The notes under the pieces are model-generated. The model made no database searches. It was not told the DNA's origin and saw nothing but the letters and a program-made list of their open reading frames with translations. Source: Acanthaster planci (lineage: Eukaryota). Taken from it: a stretch of 64,000 nt of DNA. Every line of letters begins with the position of its first letter. Within the stretch, counting starts at the first letter, position 1. Where the stretch lies: positions 3,956,460 through 4,020,459 of the forward strand of contig NW_019091359.1 in NCBI RefSeq assembly GCF_001949145.1. Reading direction: 5' to 3'. Below, piece by piece: positions 34,501-47,600 of this stretch. A program made the position numbers and the translations under genes.

Positions 34501-37500
34501 AAATGATTTGTGACTGGACTCCCCCTGTGACCAAATGANNNNNNNNNNNNNNNNNNNNNNNNNNNNNNNNNNNNNNNNNNNNNNNNNNNNNNNNNNNNNN
34601 NNNNNNNNNNNNNNNNNNNNNNNNNNNNNNNNNNNNNNNNNNNNNNNNNNNNNNNNNNNNNNNNNNNNNNNNNNNNNNNNNNNNNNNNNNNNNNNNNNNN
34701 NNNNNNNNNNNNNNNNNNNNNNNNNNNNNNNNNNNNNNNNNNNNNNNNNNNNNNNNNNNNNNNNNNNNNNNNNNNNNNNNNNNNNNNNNNNNNNNNNNNN
34801 NNNNNNNNNNNNNNNNNNNNNNNNNNNNNNNNNNNNNNNNNNNNNNNNNNNNNNNNNNNNNNNNNNNNNNNNNNNNNNNNNNNNNNNNNNNNNNNNNNNN
34901 NNNNNNNNNNNNNNNNNNNNNNNNNNNNNNNNNNNNNNNNNNNNNNNNNNNNNNNNNNNNNNNNNNNNNNNNNNNNNNNNNNNNNNNNNNNNNNNNNNNN
35001 NNNNNNNNNNNNNNNNNNNNNNNNNNNNNNNNNNNNNNNNNNNNNNNNNNNNNNNNNNNNNNNNNNNNNNNNNNNNNNNNNNNNNNNNNNNNNNNNNNNN
35101 NNNNNNNNNNNNNNNNNNNNNNNNNNNNNNNNNNNNNNNNNNNCTTGTGACTTGACTTGGACTTGAATATAATGACTTGTGATTTGACTTGGACTTGAAA
35201 AAATTACTTGCTGCTACCTCTGGCTGTACTGAGGCTTGCTGAACTGATTCCAGTTTCGGCAAAAGTTATAAAAAGGCATTAGAGTATGGTTAAATTTAAA
35301 TGGTTTTCCTTTTCAAATGCGGGCAGTTTTGTCTGGCAATCATTAAGGGGATATGAAAAATAGCTTTGTATAAGATGTGCTTATTTCCAAAGTTAAGATT
35401 GTTAATTGCATTTTTTAGGCATGACTGAGGAGGAAATTAATCAACTGGAGTGGAAAGAGATTGAACAAGAGGAAGAGGAACTGAGGAAGAAGACACCTAA
35501 AAACATCCTGGAAGACTTGGACAACCGTCTGGATGCAGTAAGATCAAGTGTAGTCATTATCAGAGCCATGAAATTACTGTTCTAGTAGTGCATAAATTGT
35601 TACTGTGTATGATCAGAACATCTATAGTATTTAGCTTTGTATTTTGTGTTCTTTCTTCAAAATCAGTGGGTGATAGCCGCACCTCAGCTTTGCTCTCTAG
35701 CTCAGCTTTGTAATGTTAGGCATTGACTTTGAAGACTGTGCCTCGGAAGAAGTTGATTACATGCCTGAGAAACTTGGACTTCATACACCCTGTATTTGTT
35801 AAAGGAATTTGAGTTGGGAAGATGTAAATTTTAGCGGTTTTGTCCCAGTTAGATCATCTTTGAAGGCACAGATTATATTTTTTTATACTCAACAAGAGTC
35901 TGCATTTCCTTCTTATTTCCCTTTGATGCTTTTAGGAGAGGGATGCCCTCTTGGCTGGTTTAAGAGATGCCAATGACTGTCTGCGTAGTGAGAAAGAACG
36001 ACAGCTAGAGTTGGTGCGTCTGAGGAGAGAGCAACGTAAAGCTCGCAAGGAGGAGAAGTTTGATGCAGCTGCCCTTGCCATGGGATTGGCCAAACAAGCT
36101 CAGGATGCTGAAGACCAGTGAGTCTTTCTTAACATATTCAAACTGTGTCCTAGTGTAAGTTTTTCAAAATTCTTAATTTACTGCTGATCTCTTGTTCACC
36201 AAGCTTTAGTTCACTAGTTGAATTGAAAAAATTGATTCTATGGCTTTTCTTTCATTAACACACTGGGTATCTTCTTTTACAATCAAAGCAACATTTCCAT
36301 AATGCACACAGTGTAGAGGGAAATTGGTAACATTCCTGGCTTGTGCTGTCTGTGGAATTTTTTTACCCATTAAACAGTCAAGTTTGGTAATTGTGCTCTG
36401 TACAGGAAGTGTTCAGAAGTGTTTAAAAAAGGTTGTTTGTGTTAAATTAAACTTTCTTTTGTAAAAGTCTGTTTACCACACAGAGACATTAATAAACATG
36501 CTAGTGTATTTATCACTTTTTAAGACGAGAGAAGGAAAGACAGAGACAGATGCAGCTTGCTAAGGAACGGTTGGCTCAGTGTCGTAAAACTAAGGAAGAC
36601 AGAAGACGAGCCAAGGAAACCACAGGACCCATTCCCATGCCTGAGGATGAACAGAGTGAGGTCATGATGCAAGAAGCTGTCATACAAGAAATGGAAGTCA
36701 AACATGAACAAGAGAGAGATGTGCTTATTGAGGTAGGACAGAGGTGATGTTGAACCCCCCTCCACCAAAAAAGAAGATAGATCTCCATACATAGCTTATA
36801 TTTATGGAACATTTTCTGAAACTTTGGAAAAGTGTTCTCAGTTTAATTAATCAGGTTCTTCTTTTTTTTTTAATGTTTTACTGCCACCCTTCAATAGCTT
36901 TGAAAGTATCTGCACTTGAACATGTCTTTATAGCAAGAAATTATGAATATACATGTACAAATAAACTGACAGTCTCACTTTGTCAGCTTAGAGCAACAGT
37001 AACTGTTTCGCCTTCCATTTCTGCTGGTATCTTTTGGCATGCAAGATCAAAATGAGATCAAAATTAGATTCTGAAAAGGTTTTTGAAGACTTTTTTAGTT
37101 AAACACATTCCATATTTCCTTTTAGTTAATGCAAGATCAGGAAAAAAGCAGCTTGAGAACAAACGCCCGACAGATGACCGAGGACAATCGACAAAAGAAG
37201 CTGAAGGAGCTGCAAGGAGCACGTCAGGAATGGCGTGACAGTCGACCATCAAAGGAAAATGAAGAGGAACAAATAGACATATTTAGTGTAAGCAATGATA
37301 GGAGTAATGACGTAGGTTTAGAGATGATTTATGATGGATTTGTATATTTGTATAAGTATGTCATTTCCAATAAACAAATGTCAGGTTTTGCTTCCTCAGT
37401 GTTAAATAGTTTAACCTGATGGACTACATGTTATATTTGTGTAATAAACTGATCTGGGTGTGGTAGCGTACATGTATATCAATATTTTCAGTAGAAAACT

Positions 37501-40500
37501 GAAGCGTGACATCATTTTGACCAGGAAGTGTAGTGCAGACACACAAAATTGTTGGACATATTCACTTCAGTACTCTGTGTATTGAAAAATAGAAAATAGA
37601 CATGCTTAAAATTCAAGATATCATATCAGCCAAGATTGTGACCCACAGTAGTCTCAGAAGTTGGAAATATACTGAAAAACTAAAATGTTTAAATTAGAGA
37701 ATTACAGATCCTAAAATACTGTATATTGGTTTGTGTTCACATAGAAAAATGCTCTACATTGTATATTTATTCCTGTTTGGCACAAGTTGATCAAAAGTCA
37801 TCTTGATGACAAACTTAGTTGTGATATCTTTTTATGATTTAAACAGAAAGCCACAGCCCTTACTATGGAAAGCCTTCTAGATGAAGCCAGGCAGACACAG
37901 GGAGATGGTATTACTGATAATGAGATTCAGATTGCCTTGTTGGCTGATCTACAGCAACAACAGGAACAGGAAGCTAGACGTCTGATGGAAGACCTGGGTT
38001 CAAAGGTCAGCTCATGCCTGTCATGGTTTGACTCTGATTTATGTATTTTTGAGGTCACTTTGCACTACTACCTTACAATACGTAACAGTAGATTAAGAAA
38101 TGATAAGAGTCATGGAATGTATTTGCAGAAATCCTCAAATATTTCCTCTCTGTTTATGTAGAGTTTAATTCTTACTAGAAGCCACGCATTAGTGTGTCAT
38201 GTATGCTGATGAAAAATCATACACAGAAACAACTCTCTTCCAACAGTGCTGGTACCCTCTATTTATGGTCAGCAAAGTAAGAAAACCCAATCCTTACTAC
38301 TTGAGTATAAGAAATATTGGGTGCATGTTTCTAACAGAGAAAATTGAGTTTCCCAATAATTTTTACATATATGTCTGGTTTGTCTCAGAAATTCACAAAG
38401 CCCATCTTTTTGTATCCTTCATCAAACATCGATGATTCCACATTTTAGTATTGAACAGTTATGTTTTACAATGACAGTATTAACAGATATTTTTCATCCT
38501 CTTTCAACATGTGGCTTTTGCACAACAGACCTTAACTACTCTCAAGCAGTTGAAGCAGGTGCAGTACATTGCCCGAGCCAACGGCTGGAATGATAACGTT
38601 GCAGGTACAGTGCTAGTCACCAAGTCAGATTCCTCTGAGGTCACTGAGGAGCAGCTTCTCAAGGCACTAGAAGTCAAGTATGACACACTCAGAGACAAGC
38701 TACTCAGTGAGGTAAGGGCAAAATTGCCAGAAATCAAGATGTTGGTAAGAATTTAGTATCACTGCATCAGCAAAGCACAGTTTTTCTGTTGCTATTTCTT
38801 TTGACTTTCTGTAGGCACTTATGAAACAGATGGGGGAAGTAGAATGGGCTCGTCTGTCAGAGAGAGAACGTCAGGGTAAACTAATGAAGCTGAAGTTACA
38901 AGAGAGGAAGATGAGACAGGAAGGCAAATATGATGAAGCTGCTGCCTTGCTTGGACAAGGACTCAAAGACCAACAAGGTAGGAGCCTGCCAGTTTGGGTA
39001 CACATATGTTCATGCCCCTCACACTGTGCAAGCATACTGAATCCCACTACACCCAGAAGCCAGTAAAATTGCTCTTGACTCGGGTAGGTGGACTCCAAAA
39101 GTAATCGATCAACATCAAGCTCAGATATATTTGTTTGCCCCTCATTTCCATAATGATTAGTATGTAAACACTCAAAGTCCCTTTTGCTGCACACGATAAA
39201 AATCCATTTTCTGCCAAATTTTTGCCCGTCTTTCTGATGTACCTTCAAAGTAACAGAGTCAGAAGTTGGAAGTGAAGGCAACAATTTAGAGGGGATTTTT
39301 CCAGTTTTGCTGAGTTTTCCCAGAAATTTCTGTACTTGTAAATAGTGAGGAATATCATGGATGCAAGTATCATGCAAGAAGGAAACTGTATGAATGAGAA
39401 CGAAAAGTTTTTGTTTGTGCCTTTTATTCGGGCAATTCGACGTCATTTTATGTATTAGTGGAGTGCAGTAAAAGTCAACTCATACCCAAATTCACTTTTA
39501 TGCAGGTATATGTGCGTGTATGTGTATGCCATGCCCAAAATCTGGCCGTCTCATGTTTGACTGCTGCTGGACTCGGTGCGGAAATTTGAATCCGCACGAA
39601 AAACACACCGCAATTTCAGACAAATGGCTTTTGATCTTGAAAAAATGAACTGATGGATACAAAACATTCATCAATCTTCCAGACAGTATCATTAATGATC
39701 TGAGAGGAATTCGATAAACGTGGTGAAAATTGGGTACTGAGTAAGGTGAAAGGTACTAAGTAAGGTGAATTTTGAATAAGGGTTTTCTGCCTAGAAGTAA
39801 TAAACTTTTTTGTTCATAAGAGTTAGTAGTTGTTCATGTGGTATCCAAGTGTCTTGAAGGTAAACCTGGCAAAATTGTGAAAATGAGACACAAAGTTAGG
39901 TAAAAAATGATAAGTTTTTTATAATTATCCATTGTCGTAAAATTGACATTTTCCCCTTGGATTATTTTCCTGAGATCTTTCTTACTAGAAGCTATTAAAT
40001 ATCTCCATTTGATAGATTCTTGGCAATTTATTCACACACGAGGTCTTCAAGGAAAATGGCAGTACAAATCCCGCAAATTTGTCACCAACAATTTGCATCA
40101 TCTGCTGGAATAATTTTTCAGGCTGATCACCGTATGTGACTATTGCACATGCGCGAATACACAAACTAACTGCATGCACAGTCTATGGGGACCAAACATA
40201 CATGTACGTGGGTACCATAACACACCTGTTGCCCTCAGTAGTAACCCGTGCACATCTTGCTGTTGCTCTTAATGACTCAAAGATTTGCAAGATAGGAGCC
40301 TGCCAGTATGGGTACTATAGCACACCTGTTGCCCTCAGTGGTAACCCGTGCACTCTAAGCAGTTGCACTGAATGACTCAGAAGCCAGCAAGGTACATTAG
40401 GAACCTGCCAGTATGGATAACTATGGCATACACCTACATGTAGTTCTCAGTGGTAACCCAAGCACACCTAGCTTTTGTTCTGAATGACTCAAAGACCAGC

Positions 40501-43500
40501 AGGGACATAAATACCAGGAGGGGGGAGTTTTTCAATTAACTGTTCAATTCCCAACATTCAGTTCATATTTCTGTGTCAAATGTAAATCAGCTTGCAACCA
40601 ATCTCAAGTAATAACAACACATGCACATTGTCAGTGGCTCCTTAGCAAATGCTTTGGTTCATTTAGATATGAGTATTCTTAGCATCTTCATAAATTTGTG
40701 TCAAGGTAATTTTAACAGTATTCTTTAAACTCTTTCATCTGTGTTATCTTCCAATGTAGAGTTGACCAAGCTGCTGGGCAACACAAAGGCTGAGCAGGGG
40801 GAGAGATTGAAGCAACGTCTTGAACGACGTCGCCAGCTAATTGAAAAGAGAGCTAAAGAAGGTCTTGCAGTAGATGATGAGACACTGGATGCAATAATTG
40901 ACAAGGAGGAAAAAAGACGAGACTTAATGGAAGACAGGAAAAAGAGGCGGGTGTGTACAAATAGCTATCAGTGATGGTTATGAGCCTATTTGTTAAGGCA
41001 GCTAATCTTGTGCCAAACTACAACAGTAAAACCAAAACTACCATAGACAAAACTTGCCCAAATCCATTCTTAGGTCACACTTTTTATTTAAAAATCACTG
41101 GCTTCGATATTTACTTCAAAGTTTATACAGCTATTGAAGAAAGGACACTAAGGTGTTATTATACTTCTAAACAAGGCTGAACTGATCACTTTTCTGTCTC
41201 AGTTAATTAATCATATATCCCTAAATCCCAACTTTAAAAATCAATAACATCATCCCACTATGCGCAATTACAGTAAAACATTGCTTTCAAGTAGAAAATT
41301 CTGCTTTTAGGATCTACAAATGCTGCCACCTGCTCTCTCTGCATTATTTTCCATGAACATGTCACATTATGAAACATATCCTTTGATTTCTGTGTTTTTT
41401 CACAGAACATTCTCGAAGAGCTGAACTCCCATTTTGAGGATGAGAGGGATCAGCTTCTTGCAGCCTTGCGTAACCAGGATGCTTCCTTAAAGACTGAGAG
41501 GGAACGTCAGTTAGCTCTGGCCAAGCTGCGTCGTGACCAACGCAAGCTTCAACTGGAGGATAAGTTTGATACAGCAGCTCTCATCTTTGGCATGGCCCAG
41601 CAACAAGAGCAGGCTAGGGAATCTAAGTGAGTTGAGAGTGTAGATATAAGTGATCAACTCTCTTCGGGAGCTATAGATGACTTAGCAACAATAGCATGCT
41701 GGGGNNNNNNNNNNNNNNNNNNNNNNNNNNNNNNNNNNNNNNNNNNNNNNNNNNNNNNNNNNNNNNNNNNNNNNNNNNNNNNNNNNNNNNNNNNNNNNNN
41801 NNNNNNNNNNNNNNNNNNNNNNNNNNNNNNNNNNNNNNNNNNNNNNNNNNNNNNNNNNNNNNNNNNNNNNNNNNNNNNNNNNNNNNNNNNNNNNNNNNNN
41901 NNNNNNNNNNNNNNNNNNNNNNNNNNNNNNNNNNNNNNNNNNNNNNNNNNNNNNNNNNNNNNNNNNNNNNNNNNNNNNNNNNNNNNNNNNNNNNNNNNNN
42001 NNNNNNNNNNNNNNNNNNNNNNNNNNNNNNNNNNNNNNNNNNNNNNNNNNNNNNNNNNNNNNNNNNNNNNNNNNNNNNNNNNNNNNNNNNNNNNNNNNNN
42101 NNNNNNNNNNNNNNNNNNNNNNNNNNNNNNNNNNNNNNNNNNNNNNNNNNNNNNNNNNNNNNNNNNNNNNNNNNNNNNNNNNNNNNNNNNNNNNNNNNNN
42201 NNNNNNNNNNNNNNNNNNNNNNNNNNNNNNNNNNNNNNNNNNNNNNNNNNNNNNNNNNNNNNNNNNNNNNNNNNNNNNNNNNNNNNNNNNNNNNNNNNNN
42301 NNNNNNNNNNNNNNNNNNNNNNNNNNNNNNNNNNNNNNNNNNNNNNNNNNNNNNNNNNNNNNNNNNNNNNNNNNNNNNNNNNNNNNNNNNNNNNNNNNNN
42401 NNNNNNNNNNNNNNNNNNNNNNNNNAATCTGAGTGAGTCGAGAGTGTAGATGTAGGTGATCAACTCTGGTCAGGAGCTGTAGATGAGAAACATTGATGGG
42501 TATATGAGTTCTTATCCGTACATGCACAATCTGTAATGAAGTAGTGCATCTAATTTCTATTTAATGTGCTCCAATCCACTAAGGAGTGCATCTGTATCTT
42601 GCCCTGCTGGCAGGAATTTATGTCACTGCACATATCTGTTACCATTCATGCATGTCAAATTGTTAACACAGTCAAGTGGACCCCAGAAAGGTTATGAGTA
42701 AGTAAACCTAACTCAGAGAGACCAATGTTTTTTTAATAAATCTACAGTGAATTGAACTTGATAGTGGGTTTGAAAATGTCTTCATGGAATTATTTGTCAG
42801 CAGTTGCCTGTCTCCTTTGCATTATTGTGACATTTCATATTTTGTTTTTCTATAGTTTAAAGAAAGACAAAGAGCGACAGAAGCAGCTGGCTCGGGAGCG
42901 AATCACCAACCTGCGCAAGAAGAAAGCTGCAGCCCAATCAGTTCAAGATACAACTCCAGCTACCTTTTCTACCCCTGTTACCACCACCACAGGGGTATTG
43001 AGTCAGGAGGACTTGGTAAAGAAGCTAAGACAAGAAGAGGAGGAGAATGCTAAGGTGGATGCTGTGATCTCCACACAAAAAGATGGTCAGTCAAATCCAA
43101 TTTTACTGTCATGGTCATTGTAAACTCATCTGTTGTAATGTCACTGTATAATTCAGCAAGTGTATTGAAAAACTAATGTTTATTTTAGTGTTTTTTGGGA
43201 TGTGCGTTTGTTACTGCTTATATCTGCTGGTCAGGGGTTAGAATCGAACAGCTGGCTATGCATTGTGCCCCTGGGAGAGTCAGTTTACCCTGATATGCTT
43301 CTGTCTACCTGTTAACGTGAGTAGGCACCTGTGAGGGCTCAGTGGGTGTTATTACTGGAAATTTCCACCTGAAGTTACTGCATCGAGCTTCCTACTCTTG
43401 AAAGAGTTGGAAGGTTTTAGGAATGTTTATGGGCTCATTGGGGGGGGGGATNNNNNNNNNNNNNNNNNNNNNNNNNNNNNNNNNNNNNNNNNNNNNNNNN

Positions 43501-44630
43501 NNNNNNNNNNNNNNNNNNNNNNNNNNNNNNNNNNNNNNNNNNNNNNNNNNNNNNNNNNNNNNNNNNNNNNNNNNNNNNNNNNNNNNNNNNNNNNNNNNNN
43601 NNNNNNNNNNNNNNNNNNNNNNNNNNNNNNNNNNNNNNNNNNNNNNNNNNNNNNNNNNNNNNNNNNNNNNNNNNNNNNNNNNNNNNNNNNNNNNNNNNNN
43701 NNNNNNNNNNNNNNNNNNNNNNNNNNNNNNNNNNNNNNNNNNNNNNNNNNNNNNNNNNNNNNNNNNNNNNNNNNNNNNNNNNNNNNNNNNNNNNNNNNNN
43801 NNNNNNNNNNNNNNNNNNNNNNNNNNNNNNNNNNNNNNNNNNNNNNNNNNNNNNNNNNNNNNNNNNNNNNNNNNNNNNNNNNNNNNNNNNNNNNNNNNNN
43901 NNNNNNNNNNNNNNNNNNNNNNNNNNNNNNNNNNNNNNNNNNNNNNNNNNNNNNNNNNNNNNNNNNNNNNNNNNNNNNNNNNNNNNNNNNNNNNNNNNNN
44001 NNNNNNNNNNNNNNNNNNNNNNNNNNNNNNNNNNNNNNNNNNNNNNNNNNNNNNNNNNNNNNNNNNNNNNNNNNNNNNNNNNNNNNNNNNNNNNNNNNNN
44101 NNNNNNNNNNNNNNNNNNNNNNNNNNNNNNNNNNNNNNNNNNNNNNNNNNNNNNNNNNNNNNNNNNNNNNNNNNNNGTTGTTATTTGTCAAAACATTGAT
44201 TTTAAAATTCATATTTTTTTTGTTGGTTTACTCCAAGAGTACTGTCGAGTAGGCTTGTTATCTACAAATAAACCTGTCAGCTTTTTGAACTGACAAATTT
44301 TCAGATGGTTCAACAGAGAAAAGCCCATTTATGAACTTAGACAAAACAACTTAACGCTTAAGATAAGTTTTAAGCAAGTTGATCGTCATGATAAGCCAGT
44401 ATTTGTGAAAAGGAGGTCCCAATTCCCTCTGGTATCTTTGATTTCAGTTGGTGTAACCCTGCACACAACCATCTTGGATGAAATTGAGAAGAAGCATGGC
44501 ATGGAACGAGATCTCCTTTTGGAACTTGTAGAGTTGGCTCAATCAAACAAGCATGAAGTCTCCAGAGTAGAACAACTAACTGAACAGGTCTCTGCTCAAT
44601 TTTGTTCAGAAGAATAGCAACATTTGCATT

Positions 44631-44661
<31 letters not shown>

Positions 44662-47600
44662 ATAATTCATAATCAACTAATTGGTATTAAGAGTCCCATA
44701 AAACTTCGTTTTTGTAATCATTCATGATCAAGCCAGACCTCCAACCAATGATTTACCATTACATTGTAGCTCATGGATTTTCAATCACTAAATTACATGT
44801 ACATTGCCTGTGTTATCTTCAACAACTAGACATAATTAACTGCTACAAATTTATTTAACCATGAAATAATTGACATCTGGTCATTAATGAACGATCAGTC
44901 AGTGATATCAATTTTTCATAGTTCATAATTCATCTATAGAATTAGCTACAGTAAGATAAACTTCCAATTTTGCTGTTGTTAATTCTTACATTTAGGAGCT
45001 GATGAATGAACTGAAGATTGGTAATCAGAGCTGGCAGGAATGTGAATTACAGTTGGTTAACTTTGGAAATGGAAGCAGTAATCTTGATGCTGTTGCTGAG
45101 CTGCAACACCAGAAAAGACAGGCTCTCAAATCTGCCATACTGCTCCGAATGGAAGGTCAGTTACATATATATATTTTATATTACATGTATGTTGTGTTGA
45201 TATATTTTAAGCTCTTAGTTTGTGTGTTTTAAGATGCGAAGTTCACCATTTTGTATTAATTTATCGTACTGGTTGTTGCACCTTTCCTATTTTCCTCTGT
45301 AACTTTGTCCACAGCATACACTTTTTTCAGTTTCTCTGGTTCCCGATTTTAATTTCAGTTTCAGACTTGTAACATTATTACAAATTCATTTGATTAGGTT
45401 CTAAGTGTTTACTATGGTGATTTTCGTTACTTCTGGTAGTTGTCAATGAAAAACTAGTCGCAGGATTCCTAAGTGCTTTCTCACTGTAATAACAAAAGGT
45501 GTGTTTAGCAATGTAGTTATTATTAATAAGCCTGTTTAATATTCATTTCTTTTTATATCAAGATATAAAAAATATTGTGATATCTGATATTATTGTGATG
45601 ACGACATTTTCCATTCATAAAATAAACATGACCAAAATCACCACCATATCTTGAAAGCCTCTTAAAAAATGGTGTATATGTATTATCTCTATATTAAGAA
45701 CTCTAATGCTGGTGGAAAGCAAATGTCAACATGGAATTGTGGACATTAAATTATCATACATCATATCATGGCACCTTGCATAAAAAGCCATTTCTACACA
45801 CACATTAGGCGCCAAGTCAAAACAGAAACGGTTCATGAAGTGGGAAACGATACATAAATGATAAGCTCCTTACCCCCTTCAGAGTAAAGCTGGCAAGGAT
45901 AGGGAGTCACTAGCTACATGTAAATTGCTTGTGGTTCCATGAACACTATTCCTGGGTGATGTTTTGTAACAATAGAGAGCTTATACAGTAAAAANNNNNN
46001 NNNNNNNNNNNNNNNNNNNNNNNNNNNNNNNNNNNNNNNNNNNNNNNNNNNNNNNNNNNNNNNNNNNNNNNNNNNNNNNNNNNNNNNNNNNNNNNNNNNN
46101 NNNNNNNNNNNNNNNNNNNNNNNNNNNNNNNNNNNNNNNNNNNNNNNNNNNNNNNNNNNNNNNNNNNNNNNNNNNNNNNNNNNNNNNNNNNNNNNNNNNN
46201 NNNNNNNNNNNNNNNNNNNNNNNNNNNNNNNNNNNNNNNNNNNNNNNNNNNNNNNNNNNNNNNNNNNNNNNNNNNNNNNNNNNNNNNNNNNNNNNNNNNN
46301 NNNNNNNNNNNNNNNNNNNNNNNNNNNNNNNNNNNNNNNNNNNNNNNNNNNNNNNNNNNNNNNNNNNNNNNNNNNNNNNNNNNNNNNNNNNNNNNNNNNN
46401 NNNNNNNNNNNNNNNNNNNNNNNNNNNNNNNNNNNNNNNNNNNNNNNNNNNNNNNNNNNNNNNNNNNNNNNNNNNNNNNNNNNNNNNNNNNNNNNNNNNN
46501 NNNNNNNNNNNNNNNNNNNNNNNCCGCGGTGATTATGTTTATCTCTTCTATTAATAGAGAGCTTTAAGATTACACTCCATTGTGGCTGGTGGTTGAGTCA
46601 TTAGAGCTGTTTATCAAACAGCTGGGACCCCAGCCCATTGATATGTCAACAATTGGGGGGGTTGGGTTTGTTTTACCGTTTACATGGATATGGATTTTTT
46701 TCCTTCAGTTTGCCATGCTACCCTTATATACCAACATTAGTCGACTTTTCTTATTTTACTATTGATTTTGAAGTCCTATGACTGTTCCATTTATAGTGTT
46801 CTCCATTTAGTTTATTGTCTATTCCAATCATTGACAAATCTGTGATGCGGAAATCACTGCCTGACAGTGCTAGATTTGGGGAAAGAAAACTACAGATCTT
46901 AACTCAATGACACGAGACTTAGTGATGCACATAGACCTGCTGACTCTGATGGAGTTAGTCTTTTGTTAAGAGATTAATTGCTTCCCTTTCTGAATAAGCT
47001 GTGCTCAGCCTGTGGATGAACTGGCCCAATTTACACAACAAAGCCATGCACAATAACCATTTGTGGTAAGGTGGGAGTCAGGGCTTTTATATCAAGGTGG
47101 GGAAAATGGTGGTATGCATCAAAGAGGTTGCTGCATAGCCAACTCCTTTTTGGGAAATACTCTCTTCAATCATTGCCCTGGTGCAGTTGAATCCGGCAAT
47201 GGTTTTGAAAGGGGATTAAGGGCAATCATTTCCCGCTTGGTGAACCGTTTCTATTTTGACTTGGCGCCTTAGCGGTAAAGTTCACTCAATCAGGCAACCT
47301 CCTAAATGGACAGAGCGCATGCATGTTACCAGAGGGGCTACTGGTATTGATGCCCTCACCTCATTTTTAAGTCGGCATTTAAGTTGCCATTCATTTCTGG
47401 TTAGTCTGCATGTTTCACTCGGTCCTTTTTCTACAAGACCACAAAAAATCGTTTGTGATAGTCAGCATTAAAAAAAGCGCATTTCGGCATCAGTTTCTTT
47501 TGCCACATTTGCCAAGAATCATCAAGTGTCAAGCCCCACTGATTGACTGATATCTGTTGTTAACAGCACATGGTTGAGCACATCAATACCGGTGACCCTT

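Noticed and set aside
43225..43340. SINE core-like sequence next to a gap
   Set aside because: Too degenerate to delimit or assign without a repeat-library search.
34327..44252. Long ORFs made of X residues
   Set aside because: Artefacts of translation through N gaps.
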